From contig OZ242220.1 of the NCBI GenBank assembly GCA_965206745.1, positions 576,001-640,000 on the forward strand: 64,000 bases of DNA. Reading direction: 5' to 3'. Every line of letters begins with the position of its first letter. Within the stretch, counting starts at the first letter, position 1. The DNA is from Nitrosopumilus sp. (lineage in GTDB: Archaea; Thermoproteota; Nitrososphaeria; Nitrososphaerales; Nitrosopumilaceae). Below the pieces are notes generated by a model that was not told where the DNA came from, ran no database searches, and saw only the letters and a program-made list of their open reading frames with translations. The position numbers and the translations under genes were made by a program. This document shows, piece after piece, positions 9,118 through 18,329 of the stretch.

Positions 9118-10149
9118 TCATCTTCTCAGATTCTCCTTTGCATATGTGATGATGGAATCAGTCATCTGTGTAGTTGATGCACTGCCGCCGATATCCCATG
9201 TGACTGTCTTGCCTTGATTAATCACTTTGTCAGTTGCATCAAATATTGCGTCTCTGATCTGCCTCTCGCCAAGATAGTCTGCCATCCACGCACCAGAGAG
9301 TACGGTTGCAGTCGGATTTACCTTGTTCTGTCCTGCAAATTGCGGGGCGCTTCCGTGCGCTGCCTCAAACATTGCGTAACTCTCCCCAATGTTTGCAGAA
9401 TAAATCAGTCCTATCGAGCCTACAAGTGCTGATGCCAGCTCTGAAATAATATCCATAAACAAGTTGGTACTGACTAGTACCGAACCGTTAAACTGCTCAG
9501 TTGCAATTACCATCTGCTGTGCCATGTTGTCTATGTAAATCTCAGAGAGCTCAATCCCGGTTCCATTGACTGCCTTTTGTGCCTCCTCCCAGAATATCCC
9601 GTCAGTCTGTTTTAGGATGTTTCTTTTTGTGATTGCGACCATCTTTTTCATGTCAAACTTGTCTGCCCAGTCAACTGCCGAATCAATTAACCGCCTGCTT
9701 CCATGCCTTGTAATTTTACGAATTGCTATTGCCGCATCATCTGTGATTTTGGCCTCCACTCCCGTATAGAGTCCCTCTGTTGCCTCCCTAAAGCAGACGC
9801 AGTCAAGTTTCCTGTCAGGCGTCAGCCTGTCATAGGTTTTAGTCGGTCTGATGTTTGCATAAAGATCAAATTTCTGTCTCAGTGTGACTGCGACACTTTT
9901 GGGTGCGCCTGGGACCGGTATTGTGGTAGTCGGACCCTTAAAGCAGCAGTCTGACTCTTTTAAAATTTCCATGGTTGCATCAGGTATGTATGATGAATCC
10001 CTTCTGCCGTTCTTCTCCCACTGCTCTGATCCTACCTCGCAGAGAACCAGCTCTGATTGCAAGTTACATTCCTTTAGGAGTCGTAACATTGAATCGACAA
10101 CTTCAGGCCCAATGCCATCCCCCCTCATCACGGCAGCTTTTTTACTCAA
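9118..10149 (-). CDS. Isocitrate/isopropylmalate/homoisocitrate dehydrogenase family protein
   Basis: GDGIGPEV, LRQKFDLYANIRP, FEAAHGSAP, NPTATVLS. Confidence 0.92.
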   Translation of the reverse strand: MSKKAAVMRGDGIGPEVVDSMLRLLKECNLQSELVLCEVGSEQWEKNGRRDSSYIPDATMEILKESDCCFKGPTTTIPVPGAPKSVAVTLRQKFDLYANIRPTKTYDRLTPDRKLDCVCFREATEGLYTGVEAKITDDAAIAIRKITRHGSRRLIDSAVDWADKFDMKKMVAITKRNILKQTDGIFWEEAQKAVNGTGIELSEIYIDNMAQQMVIATEQFNGSVLVSTNLFMDIISELASALVGSIGLIYSANIGESYAMFEAAHGSAPQFAGQNKVNPTATVLSGAWMADYLGERQIRDAIFDATDKVINQGKTVTWDIGGSASTTQMTDSIITYAKENLRR

Positions 10150-10263
10150 AACTGCAAGATTTTGAGGCGTTTATTATTTAATCCTACCTTGCATGCCTTC
10201 CAACGTTTATCATGTTCCTTCCATGGAGATGGTTTAATACCCTATATCGCAGAATGTATCCAA

Positions 10264-11010
10264 ATGCAGATCGTCCAAATCTCTGACTTGCATGTGGGCT
10301 CTCAGTTTCTGCAAGAAAAGTTTGATATTCTGGTAGACGAGGTAAACAGCCTGCATCCTGATGTCATCATAATAACAGGTGATCTCACTAATGAGGGACT
10401 GATGCAAGAGTATGAAGAGTGCAAGTCCCTCCTAGAGAAATTTGAGACAAGGAAAATTATCACCATAAGTGGAAACCATGACTATAGGAATACGGGATAT
10501 CTCTTGTTTAAGAGATACTTTCCTTTTGAGACTGTAAACGAACTAAGTGATGATGTTGTCCTAGTTACAGTTGGAACTGCAAGACCAGATAGGAACGAGG
10601 GCGAGGTCGGATACAGGCAAAATTTGTGGTTGGAGAGGACCATGAAAAAATACAAAGACAGGGTAAAGATTGTTGCAATGCATCACCATCTGATTGCAAT
10701 CCCTGATACTGGTTCGGACCAGCTCACAGTAGTTGATGCCGGTGACGTACTGCGGACTGTACTTGATTCCAAAGTCGACATAGTGCTGTGCGGGCACAAG
10801 CATAGGCCGTGGGCATGGAATTTTGGCGCACTAACTGTAGTCAATGCCGGGACTGCCACATCTGAGAGGGTCCGTGGATTCTTTGAAAATACCTACAACA
10901 TCCTCACCATAACTGACAAAACAGTAAAAGTTGATCTCAAGATTGTAGGCGGAAAACGGCGCCCCATCGATGAGATCGTGGATAATTATAGTCAGTTCGG
11001 CGACGAGTGA
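10264..11010 (+). CDS. Metallophosphoesterase (calcineurin-like, Icc/CpdA type)
   Basis: ISDLH, TGDLT, GNHD, MHHH, GHKH; ATG at 10264 gives the MQIVQISDLH start. Confidence 0.92.
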   Translation: MQIVQISDLHVGSQFLQEKFDILVDEVNSLHPDVIIITGDLTNEGLMQEYEECKSLLEKFETRKIITISGNHDYRNTGYLLFKRYFPFETVNELSDDVVLVTVGTARPDRNEGEVGYRQNLWLERTMKKYKDRVKIVAMHHHLIAIPDTGSDQLTVVDAGDVLRTVLDSKVDIVLCGHKHRPWAWNFGALTVVNAGTATSERVRGFFENTYNILTITDKTVKVDLKIVGGKRRPIDEIVDNYSQFGDE

Positions 11011-11043
11011 ATTTATTTACAGATGCCTTTTAGGATTCTTTAT

Positions 11044-11127
11044 GCGGGGATCGCCTAGCCTGGTAGGGCGTAGGATTGCTAATCCTATGTCCGCAAGGAC
11101 ACGGGGGTTCAAATCCCCCTCCCCGCG
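11044..11127 (+). tRNA. tRNA-Ser(GCT)
   Basis: Acceptor GCGGGGA/TCCCCGC+G, anticodon arm TAGGA-TTGCTAA-TCCTA, long variable arm, GGTTCAAATCC T-arm; CCA not encoded. Confidence 0.95.
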
Positions 11128-11228
11128 CCTTATTGTTTTATCAGTGGGTAGGATTTACGGCTTGATGGGGGATGGAATGTTGGGTCATTGCCATTAAAAC
11201 TTAATAAGCTGATTTGAGATGTTTTTGC

Positions 11229-11390
11229 ATGGGACGAAGAAAATCACAAAAGATTATCCGTAGTGGTCCGAAAAATGCAACCACCGGCATGTGTCCTATA
11301 TGTAAAACAATTGGCAAGATCTTCATCCTCGGCTCACCTGGTGAGGAAAGGGCCAAATGCGAGAAATGTCGCCAGGAATTTGAATTATAG
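11229..11390 (+). CDS. Small zinc-ribbon protein, Elf1-like transcription elongation factor candidate (53 aa; not in ORF track)
   Basis: MGRRKSQKIIRSGPKNATTGMCPICKTIGKIFILGSPGEERAKCEKCRQEFEL; CxxC...CxxC; A-rich BRE/TATA-like AAAACTTAATAA ~25 nt upstream. Confidence 0.75.
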   Translation: MGRRKSQKIIRSGPKNATTGMCPICKTIGKIFILGSPGEERAKCEKCRQEFEL

Positions 11391-11463
11391 TTCAAAAAGC
11401 TAACCAGTCCATCAAAATATTTACCCATAACTTTTTAAGACAATTTTTTGCTGATAAATAATT

Positions 11464-11634
11464 ATGAGTTCAGAGGCTGAAACCATCTATGAGAGAGTTG
11501 CCAAACTCGAAGACGAAATCGCACTGCTTAGAAGCGAAGTTGATATTCTCAAGCAGGCGCTGCGAAACAAGATTGCCCGCCATGAAATTTCAATGATCAA
11601 GAAAGGATCTGATGTAGACTCTATCATTGATTAA
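11464..11634 (+). CDS. Small coiled-coil protein (56 aa; not in ORF track)
   Basis: MSSEAETIYERVAKLEDEIALLRSEVDILKQALRNKIARHEISMIKKGSDVDSIID; heptad pattern; TTTTTAAG TATA-like site upstream. Confidence 0.7.
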   Translation: MSSEAETIYERVAKLEDEIALLRSEVDILKQALRNKIARHEISMIKKGSDVDSIID

Positions 11635-12449
11635 TTTTTTGTGTTTATTTTTCTAATCAATTCCAAGACAGAATCCACGTCTTCTGCATTTGGGTTTATC
11701 TCCAGATATTTGTTCAGATACTTTAAAGCGACCTGTGAATTCTGCAGTCTCTCCTCCAAAATCCCCTTGTCCCTGATATCTTCTGGTGATTCCGGGTCTG
11801 TGGCCAGTACCATGTTTACACATCGCAGTGCCTTTTCATACACAAACGATTGCACGTAGGAATTTTTCAAGTTCCTTGCAAGCCTTACAAGTATCTGTCC
11901 CGGTTCTATCTCGTCGAGAAACTCTGGCTTGAACTCCATGTGTCCCCCGTAATTGACATCAAGAATGTCTTGCAAGTCATCGACACCTACTAGTCGCCCG
12001 TCATAAAACGGGTCCAGGATCATCTCCTCATTGTATTTGACCAGTATGTGGCTGGGAAACCCCACAATCTTTAGATCCAACCCCACAAACTTTGCAATCT
12101 CTGCATATAATATTGAGATGGTGATGGGGAGTCCTGTTTTTTTATCTATTACTTCATTTAGAAAGTTATTCTTTGGATCATAATAGTCATCATCATCACC
12201 GCTGAAACCCAGATTCTCAAAGAGATGCTCGTTTAGCATGGAGATCAGGTATGTAGGATTCTTGACATCGCTGATTGACTCTTTGAGGGACTTTCCAATG
12301 TGGCCTATTTTTTGAATGTATTTCTCCACGTCAAGATCCGGATATTCAAGAATCTGTGCAAACTTGAGACATTTTTCAATCAGGTTGAAGCTTGGATTGT
12401 TTACAAATGCAAGCCACTCTGCAACTAGGGGATCGAATTTTTCTTCCAA
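11631..12449 (-). CDS. SirB1 / transglutaminase-like protein with C-terminal TPR
   Basis: GFSGDDDDYYDPKNNFLNEVI, GLPITISILY, FPSHIL, DIRDKG. Confidence 0.88.
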   Translation of the reverse strand: MEEKFDPLVAEWLAFVNNPSFNLIEKCLKFAQILEYPDLDVEKYIQKIGHIGKSLKESISDVKNPTYLISMLNEHLFENLGFSGDDDDYYDPKNNFLNEVIDKKTGLPITISILYAEIAKFVGLDLKIVGFPSHILVKYNEEMILDPFYDGRLVGVDDLQDILDVNYGGHMEFKPEFLDEIEPGQILVRLARNLKNSYVQSFVYEKALRCVNMVLATDPESPEDIRDKGILEERLQNSQVALKYLNKYLEINPNAEDVDSVLELIRKINTKN

Positions 12450-12452
12450 TTG

Positions 12453-13649
12453 TCACAAACTCAGTTTCTTTAGGTACAGTTGGGGATCCTTGAGCTCCTT
12501 GGTGTTTGGCGGGACATCTATCATCTTTCTGAAGGTGTCCCTGCCTAATTTTTCATACACTGTCTTTGTAAAGTCCTTGCCCATGCTCTTTCTAACCTGA
12601 TATGATGAAAAATCAGTTCCCATAAACGTTGTAAGATAGTTCTGGAAATCCTGGTCGTCCTTTAGGATGCCCTCAATTGCAAATGCTGCCATTCCCTCCA
12701 TTGCCGTAAATGCGGCATGATGCTGCTGTATCGGGACTAGCCATCTCTTGTAAATTTCCAGCAGTTCTGGAATCGACTCCCCGATCTTTGGATCAATCTC
12801 CACATGCGTAAAGGTCATCACATCTGGCCCTATCTGCTCAATCAGGAAGTGATCTGGATTCAAAAAGAAGAACAGGTTGGCTTTTTTTGCAAATGGGAAA
12901 TTCTCTGGCACTGCCTGTAACTGGCAATACTCTGACAGCCTGTTAATTGTCGTGGCATCAAGTGACAAGATGATCCTTGCCAATTCCTCGTTGATTCTGT
13001 TTACCTCCATTGCAGCCGTTTTGTTGACCTGCTGGAGGTTCTCCTGTACTGAATGAATCAGTTCTTCGAGGACCGTCATTTTTACGGCGCCACGGTACCC
13101 CGAGTTGACATTTTCAAACCTTGCTTCATACGGCTGTCCCTGCTTGTGTAGGATTATCTGCGGATATCTTGACAAAATGAACTTGTTCAGGTAAATCTCC
13201 GAGTCCAGATAATCCCCGTACGTTGTTGTAATTTTTGAGATATACTGGATTGCATATGTAGAGTATACCAGATATTTTGCGGTATCTTGCTGCATCAGCT
13301 CTGCAATCTTTTTCAGATCCTCCTTTGCAACTGCGGCAAATAGTTTTGAGACAAACTCCTTTGACTCTTTGTCTGCAAATACCTTGTCCCCTTTGATTCT
13401 TTTCAATTCTTGCAGCTCTGGAAATTTTAGTGCAATGTCTTCTTGGACCCTGATTCCCAAGAACTCTTCGACCTTCTTCTTAAAGTCTGGCAGTATCTCT
13501 GTGGCAATCTCGTCTAACTCTTTGAATCGTACCTTCCCTGCGATGTCATCTCTGGCTCTGAGTGCCAGTTCTGTGATCTCCTTCTCCTCGTTGATCTCGA
13601 CTGATAACTGTCCAAACAGAGCTTCTGCAAATTCCTGAAATTCCCCCAA
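12453..13649 (-). CDS. Conserved hypothetical protein, zincin-like fold candidate
   Basis: 398-aa ORF; LEELIHSVQ ... MEGMAAF ... PPNTKELKDPQLYL resembles zinicin-like (DUF2342-type) proteins. Confidence 0.7.
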   Translation of the reverse strand: MGEFQEFAEALFGQLSVEINEEKEITELALRARDDIAGKVRFKELDEIATEILPDFKKKVEEFLGIRVQEDIALKFPELQELKRIKGDKVFADKESKEFVSKLFAAVAKEDLKKIAELMQQDTAKYLVYSTYAIQYISKITTTYGDYLDSEIYLNKFILSRYPQIILHKQGQPYEARFENVNSGYRGAVKMTVLEELIHSVQENLQQVNKTAAMEVNRINEELARIILSLDATTINRLSEYCQLQAVPENFPFAKKANLFFFLNPDHFLIEQIGPDVMTFTHVEIDPKIGESIPELLEIYKRWLVPIQQHHAAFTAMEGMAAFAIEGILKDDQDFQNYLTTFMGTDFSSYQVRKSMGKDFTKTVYEKLGRDTFRKMIDVPPNTKELKDPQLYLKKLSL

Positions 13650-13745
13650 TTCGTATAAAATTCCAAAATACTCAATTTAAGATTATCTTGATCTTTGGCA
13701 TTAGAGAAATTATTAGTTCAAAAATCATCGGTTCATTATCCAAAC

Positions 13746-14260
13746 ATCTTAGAGTCTGGTCTTGAATTTTTAAGGGTGCCAGATGCAGTTCGGAATTGGA
13801 ACTTTACTCATTTTGGTGCGACAGGGAGATAGTTGAGGGGATCCCAGAGTGCAAAAGATGTAATCAACAATACCCCATCATTGAAAAGATTCCCATTCTG
13901 TGGGATGATTTCCCCCTTACCTCTCATCTCGCCGAAAACTGGGCGGCAAATTCTGCCATCTATACGCATACCTTGGAATTTAAAACTTGATTGGCCTGCG
14001 ACCTTGAACTATTCAGTAGACTTTATAATTGCCAGAAAACAGACTTCCTTGACTGTGGAACTTTGAGTCATGAGTTGGTATTGCCAGGTGACTGCATCAT
14101 CTGCATGAACTGCACTCGAATCCCTTTTTGGACTGGTGAGCTTTTTCCATGTGGCGTATTGTCCTTTGCGAGTCTGAAAATTCCATGTCGCATTTTGGGC
14201 AGACTGTGCCTACAATGATCTCCTTCTTACGTGAAAACAGGCCCATTTGCATTTTGGCAT
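13746..14260 (+). pseudogene. Decayed Trm112-like zinc finger / class I methyltransferase gene
   Basis: Apparent start codon reads ATC; restoring one base gives LESGLEFLRCARCSSELEL...EGIPECKRCNQQYPIIEKIPILWDDF; further frameshifts and stops downstream (LDCGT remnant). Confidence 0.65.
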
Positions 14261-14357
14261 TTATTTGGACATAAAACTCTTTATCAGCTTTGCATGATAA
14301 ATGAATCCCCGATACAAAAGAATAAACATGAAATACTAAGAGTGCTTTTAATTAAAC

Positions 14358-14663
14358 ATGGTTGTAATCCTTATCATTCCGCTTCTCATTGTCGCAGTTA
14401 TCGGGTTGTCTGCCTATCTTGCTTATCGATTTATAATTTATGACTTGTATTGCAAAAGATCCATCAACAAGTCCCTTGAAAAGTACAATATTCAAAAGAC
14501 TCCCTCCCAAATCATCCGAGAATACTATGAGCACAAGGGGGAGGAGATTTCACGTGATGAGATTCAAAATCTTGAAAAAACCTACCGACAAAATGAGCCT
14601 GAACAATTCCTTGCAATGTATGATGTAATCAGGGACCACCAAAAAAACAAGGAAAACGACTAG
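14358..14663 (+). CDS. Hypothetical membrane-anchored protein
   Basis: N-terminal TM helix followed by a soluble helical region. Confidence 0.75.
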   Translation: MVVILIIPLLIVAVIGLSAYLAYRFIIYDLYCKRSINKSLEKYNIQKTPSQIIREYYEHKGEEISRDEIQNLEKTYRQNEPEQFLAMYDVIRDHQKNKEND

Positions 14664-14678
14664 ATATCTTTTGTATTA

Positions 14679-15542
14679 CTAGGGCTTTATTGGGATTTGA
14701 ATAAATGGTGTTCCGCCTTCACCGACTACAAGTGGCAGCTTGCCATCCCATGCCTGTGTCTTTAGCCATTCCAAATAGTTTGGATTTTCAGCCAGTGCGT
14801 TGTTGATGATTGCAATTGCCTCTGCCTCACCTTTTGCTTCTGCAATGTTTGCATTTCCGATACCGATTGACTGTGCTTCCTTTTGTCTTGCCTCGACCTC
14901 AATTCGTCTCAGGTCATTTTCAGCCTTTAGTGCCTTTTGCTCTGCTTCCACCTTGGATTCGATTGCTTGAGCAAACAGTGCGGAAAATTCAAAATCTGTA
15001 ATTGAGATTACATCTGTTACGACATCAAACTGGTTTAGCCTCTCTCTAATTGATGCCTCGATGTCTGCCTTTACCAGGGGTCTTTTTGTGATCAACTCCT
15101 CGGCATTATAATTTGCAGTTACTTGTTTTACCGTCTCCTCGATTGCCGGCTGAATCACCCTGCTCTCGTACTCTAGACCGAGATTCTTGTATAACCTGTG
15201 CACTCCTTCCTTGTCTGGATGGTAATTGACTGTAACTGTGGTCTCTACTGTCTGCAAATCCTTTGATGCACTTCTGGCCTCACTTGCATACTTTAGGGTA
15301 CGAACTTCAATGTTGACTACGTCATCCTGAAATGGTACCACAAAGTGTAATCCCTCATCTAGTGGAGGATTGGAAAGATCAACTGCGTCCCAGTGTAGCA
15401 GAACCCCTCTATGGCCTGCATCCACTATCTTTACTGAGGCAGTTGCGATCCCTCCAATTATAATAAGAACGATGATTCCAATTATGATCCCTTTTGCCGC
15501 ATTCATGTTTACATTAGCTTTGGGAGATTGGTATTTTGACAA
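14679..15542 (-). CDS. Prohibitin / SPFH (band 7) family protein
   Basis: N-terminal TM, GHRGV, EGLHFVVPF, SKDLQTV, FAQAIESKVEAEQ, WDGKLP. Confidence 0.93.
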   Translation of the reverse strand: MSKYQSPKANVNMNAAKGIIIGIIVLIIIGGIATASVKIVDAGHRGVLLHWDAVDLSNPPLDEGLHFVVPFQDDVVNIEVRTLKYASEARSASKDLQTVETTVTVNYHPDKEGVHRLYKNLGLEYESRVIQPAIEETVKQVTANYNAEELITKRPLVKADIEASIRERLNQFDVVTDVISITDFEFSALFAQAIESKVEAEQKALKAENDLRRIEVEARQKEAQSIGIGNANIAEAKGEAEAIAIINNALAENPNYLEWLKTQAWDGKLPLVVGEGGTPFIQIPIKP

Positions 15543-15636
15543 TGATTACCGTGTATTTTCTCTATTATTATATCAAACTAATGCCCTTTTTGGTTCATAC
15601 TTAACAAATTTATGCTATCTAAACTCCTAAAAATTA

Positions 15637-16065
15637 ATGGAAGAGCCAAATTTTATCTGGATATACCTCATAATCTTCTTGGCAATCCCGATGGCCAGAA
15701 TAATTCCACGTATTTTGGCAAAAAGAGGAATTGGCAAGAGCTTTTCTGTACAACCGCCTGCCTCATCTAAACCGCAGCAGCCTGCCTCGCCTGAATCATC
15801 CTTTGATGAATACCGACAAAAGCCACAGATGAGGTCCTCAAAACCTCAATCAAAAAATGATCTTGTTTTGGGAGTACTAAACCGAGGTTCGAAATCCTTT
15901 GAAAGTATTCAAAAGAACACTGGATTGGACAATCAAGAACTTGATACTATTTTAGATGATCTGGAAAAAAATGGATTGCTCAAAGTGGTTCAAAAACAAG
16001 GCATGCTTGGTCCAAAGACTGAGCTATACCCTACAGATAAGGGATTCAAAGAATACTATTCTTAG
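15637..16065 (+). CDS. Membrane-anchored winged-helix protein
   Basis: N-terminal TM, P/Q/S linker, C-terminal wHTH (...ELDTILDDLEKNGLL...LYPTDKG). Confidence 0.75.
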   Translation: MEEPNFIWIYLIIFLAIPMARIIPRILAKRGIGKSFSVQPPASSKPQQPASPESSFDEYRQKPQMRSSKPQSKNDLVLGVLNRGSKSFESIQKNTGLDNQELDTILDDLEKNGLLKVVQKQGMLGPKTELYPTDKGFKEYYS

Positions 16066-16189
16066 ACTCTTTTGCAGTTCTGATGACTTGCAGTGCATGA
16101 TGAATGTTTCAAAGACTGGATGATTGAAATTAAAAAATTGAGGATCTTGTAGATGATAACTGCCACAGATGAACTAAACCTGTCCTTCA

Positions 16190-16351
16190 CTAGTCTGAGT
16201 GAACGTGGGTCGTATCTCCGGTTGCTTTATCGTAATCGTGATTGTGAGATCCATCTGAGTGTCCCTTACCTCGAAGAACAAAACAGACAATCGCCAATGC
16301 TATCGCAACCCCTGCTGCTGCACCGAATGCCGCAATACTTGCTTCTGCCAT
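16190..16351 (-). CDS. Small single-TM protein with His/Asp-rich tail (53 aa; not in ORF track)
   Basis: MAEASIAAFGAAAGVAIALAIVCFVLRGKGHSDGSHNHDYDKATGDTTHVHSD; TATA-like ATATATAATTTATAAA just upstream. Confidence 0.65.
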   Translation of the reverse strand: MAEASIAAFGAAAGVAIALAIVCFVLRGKGHSDGSHNHDYDKATGDTTHVHSD

Positions 16352-16567
16352 GTTATTCTGACTTTTATAAATTATATATGCTTATCTGAATCCCTATCTC
16401 CAGCTGACTCAAAACTATGACAGACAAGTTTCAATCCGGCATTTGAGCATCAAGTGTAATTTCTCATAACGCTGATTCATTTTGCAGATTTCATCTGAAT
16501 CAATTTTCAAAAGATTGGGGTCAAAAGTGGAAAACTGGATTAATATCCAAGACCATTTCATCATTTA

Positions 16568-18223
16568 ATGACAAACAAAACAATTTCAGTCCTATTTATT
16601 GTGGCTGTTCTAATGACATCTGCTACGGTAGCATCTGTAGATCTGATTCCGAATGCTGAGGCATTAAAGAGTGATGGAAATCGCCTAACTCAGTACGGAT
16701 CCTCAAACTCTGTCGTATGTGGCGATAGGCTATGCTCGGAAATAGAGTCAGAACCCAGTACTACCAGTCCAAAAAAGCAACCACATCTTACTGACATCAA
16801 TCTGCCACTTGATATTCCTCTGACAAGAGGATATGTGGACGGTCATGAGATCTTTTACATCTCCACTGAAGCATCAGTAGAGGATGTTGCAAATCATTTA
16901 ACTGATCTAACCGGATTTAGAGTAGTTTATACTCCTGCATTAGAAGCTGCACCAGACGAGGCAGTTGCACAAATCTATGCATTTACTAATGGCATATCAG
17001 GCGACGGTGTCTTTGGCTTTCAGCCACAGGTTGCCGACTCACAGCCAGGGGATGACAAATACAGTCCGCTATGGAATGTGAATGCTGTGACATGGAATGA
17101 AGGTTCAGAACCAACAGAGTTAAAGTCTGAGATGGATATTCTCAAAGCTCAAAGCAGTGGCAAACTCACTGTTGAGGATGCTGGAGTAATCGTAAACTGC
17201 CCATTTGTCAAATGGAATGGCGGCCAACTCCCACTTAGAGACAACCCTCACGTTACTGACGCTGATCCATATGGTGGAGGACAAGTACTTGACATTGATC
17301 TTCAAAACATGAAAGTGACATTTGTCGCACACAGAGGCTTTGCACCAAACGGTGATACCATCTATTACATCGCAACTGATGCATCATCAAAGGATACTGC
17401 AAACGCATTGGGTGTGATTTATGTGCCACGAATTCAAGAGACAATCTCGACTCCGTCTTCTTCAGACCTGTATGTATTTACAAATGGTCTGGAAGGTAAT
17501 GGTCCGCTAGGATTCCAAGCAAGCATTGGCTCAACGACTGTTGGCGACATGTTCTATAGTCCACTCTGGAGAATTCAAACTGCAACATGGGATGATCCTC
17601 ACAGTGCAGACTTTGTAAAGACTGCAGGTGAAATATCTGAGGCGGCATCTCAAGGCAAGCTTGAAACTGGTCTGGCCGGATTTGTGGTAAACTGTCCTTT
17701 TGTTGAAGTGGATTCCAGTATGGATAAAATGATGATGAAGGATGGACACATGAAGAAGGATAAACACATGAAGAAAGACGGACACATGAAAGATGAACAC
17801 AAAGACAAAATGAAGAAAGACGGACACATGAAGGATAAACACATGAAGAAAGACAAAATGATGATCAAAGATTCTATCAAAGGTGATTTGACAGCACCTT
17901 CCGGTGATGCCCCATTTGGTGGCAAACCTGTTGGAACTTTTTCAATCTCTGTAGATGAAAGTGATCATGTCTCTGTATCTACTTACATCCAAAGTACTTC
18001 ACCAGGAATGGTTCAAGAAGGATGGCTTGTCGATATGGATTCTGGCTACACGCTAAGTCTGGGCAAGGCTTATGATGATGGAAACCTTTTGTTCTTTCAA
18101 CACTTGGTAAATCCTTGGATTTACGATGCAGTTGTGGTTACTGAAGAACCCATTGGAGATTCAAACCCTGCACCTAACGTGCCAGTTGGTGGAGCATTAC
18201 TAAAAGCTCCATTTGGACTCTAG
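16568..18223 (+). CDS. Secreted protein with two homologous YSPLW domains, a Met/His-rich repeat and a C-terminal beta domain
   Basis: Signal peptide; VCGDRLCSE motif; duplicated ..Y.FTNG..G.G..GFQ....YSPLW....VNCPFV; MKKDGH repeats. Confidence 0.85.
   Translation: MTNKTISVLFIVAVLMTSATVASVDLIPNAEALKSDGNRLTQYGSSNSVVCGDRLCSEIESEPSTTSPKKQPHLTDINLPLDIPLTRGYVDGHEIFYISTEASVEDVANHLTDLTGFRVVYTPALEAAPDEAVAQIYAFTNGISGDGVFGFQPQVADSQPGDDKYSPLWNVNAVTWNEGSEPTELKSEMDILKAQSSGKLTVEDAGVIVNCPFVKWNGGQLPLRDNPHVTDADPYGGGQVLDIDLQNMKVTFVAHRGFAPNGDTIYYIATDASSKDTANALGVIYVPRIQETISTPSSSDLYVFTNGLEGNGPLGFQASIGSTTVGDMFYSPLWRIQTATWDDPHSADFVKTAGEISEAASQGKLETGLAGFVVNCPFVEVDSSMDKMMMKDGHMKKDKHMKKDGHMKDEHKDKMKKDGHMKDKHMKKDKMMIKDSIKGDLTAPSGDAPFGGKPVGTFSISVDESDHVSVSTYIQSTSPGMVQEGWLVDMDSGYTLSLGKAYDDGNLLFFQHLVNPWIYDAVVVTEEPIGDSNPAPNVPVGGALLKAPFGL
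17720..17865 (+). repeat. Coding ~18-bp tandem repeat encoding MKKDGH/MKKDKH (MXKDX-like)
   Basis: Repeated ATGAAGAA(A/G)GA(C/T)...CAC units. Confidence 0.85.
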
Positions 18224-18329
18224 TCCATTTTTTTCTATTTTTTTTAAATTCCTACTCGATGGCTTTTGCCGATTTATTTTATTGGGGCCTGATCTGGCAT
18301 TTTAGTTAATATATAGAAATCCCTTAATT

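Noticed and set aside
16153-16389. 78-aa plus-strand ORF
   Set aside because: The opposite-strand 53-aa ORF has a TM helix, His tail and promoter-like site, and is the better call
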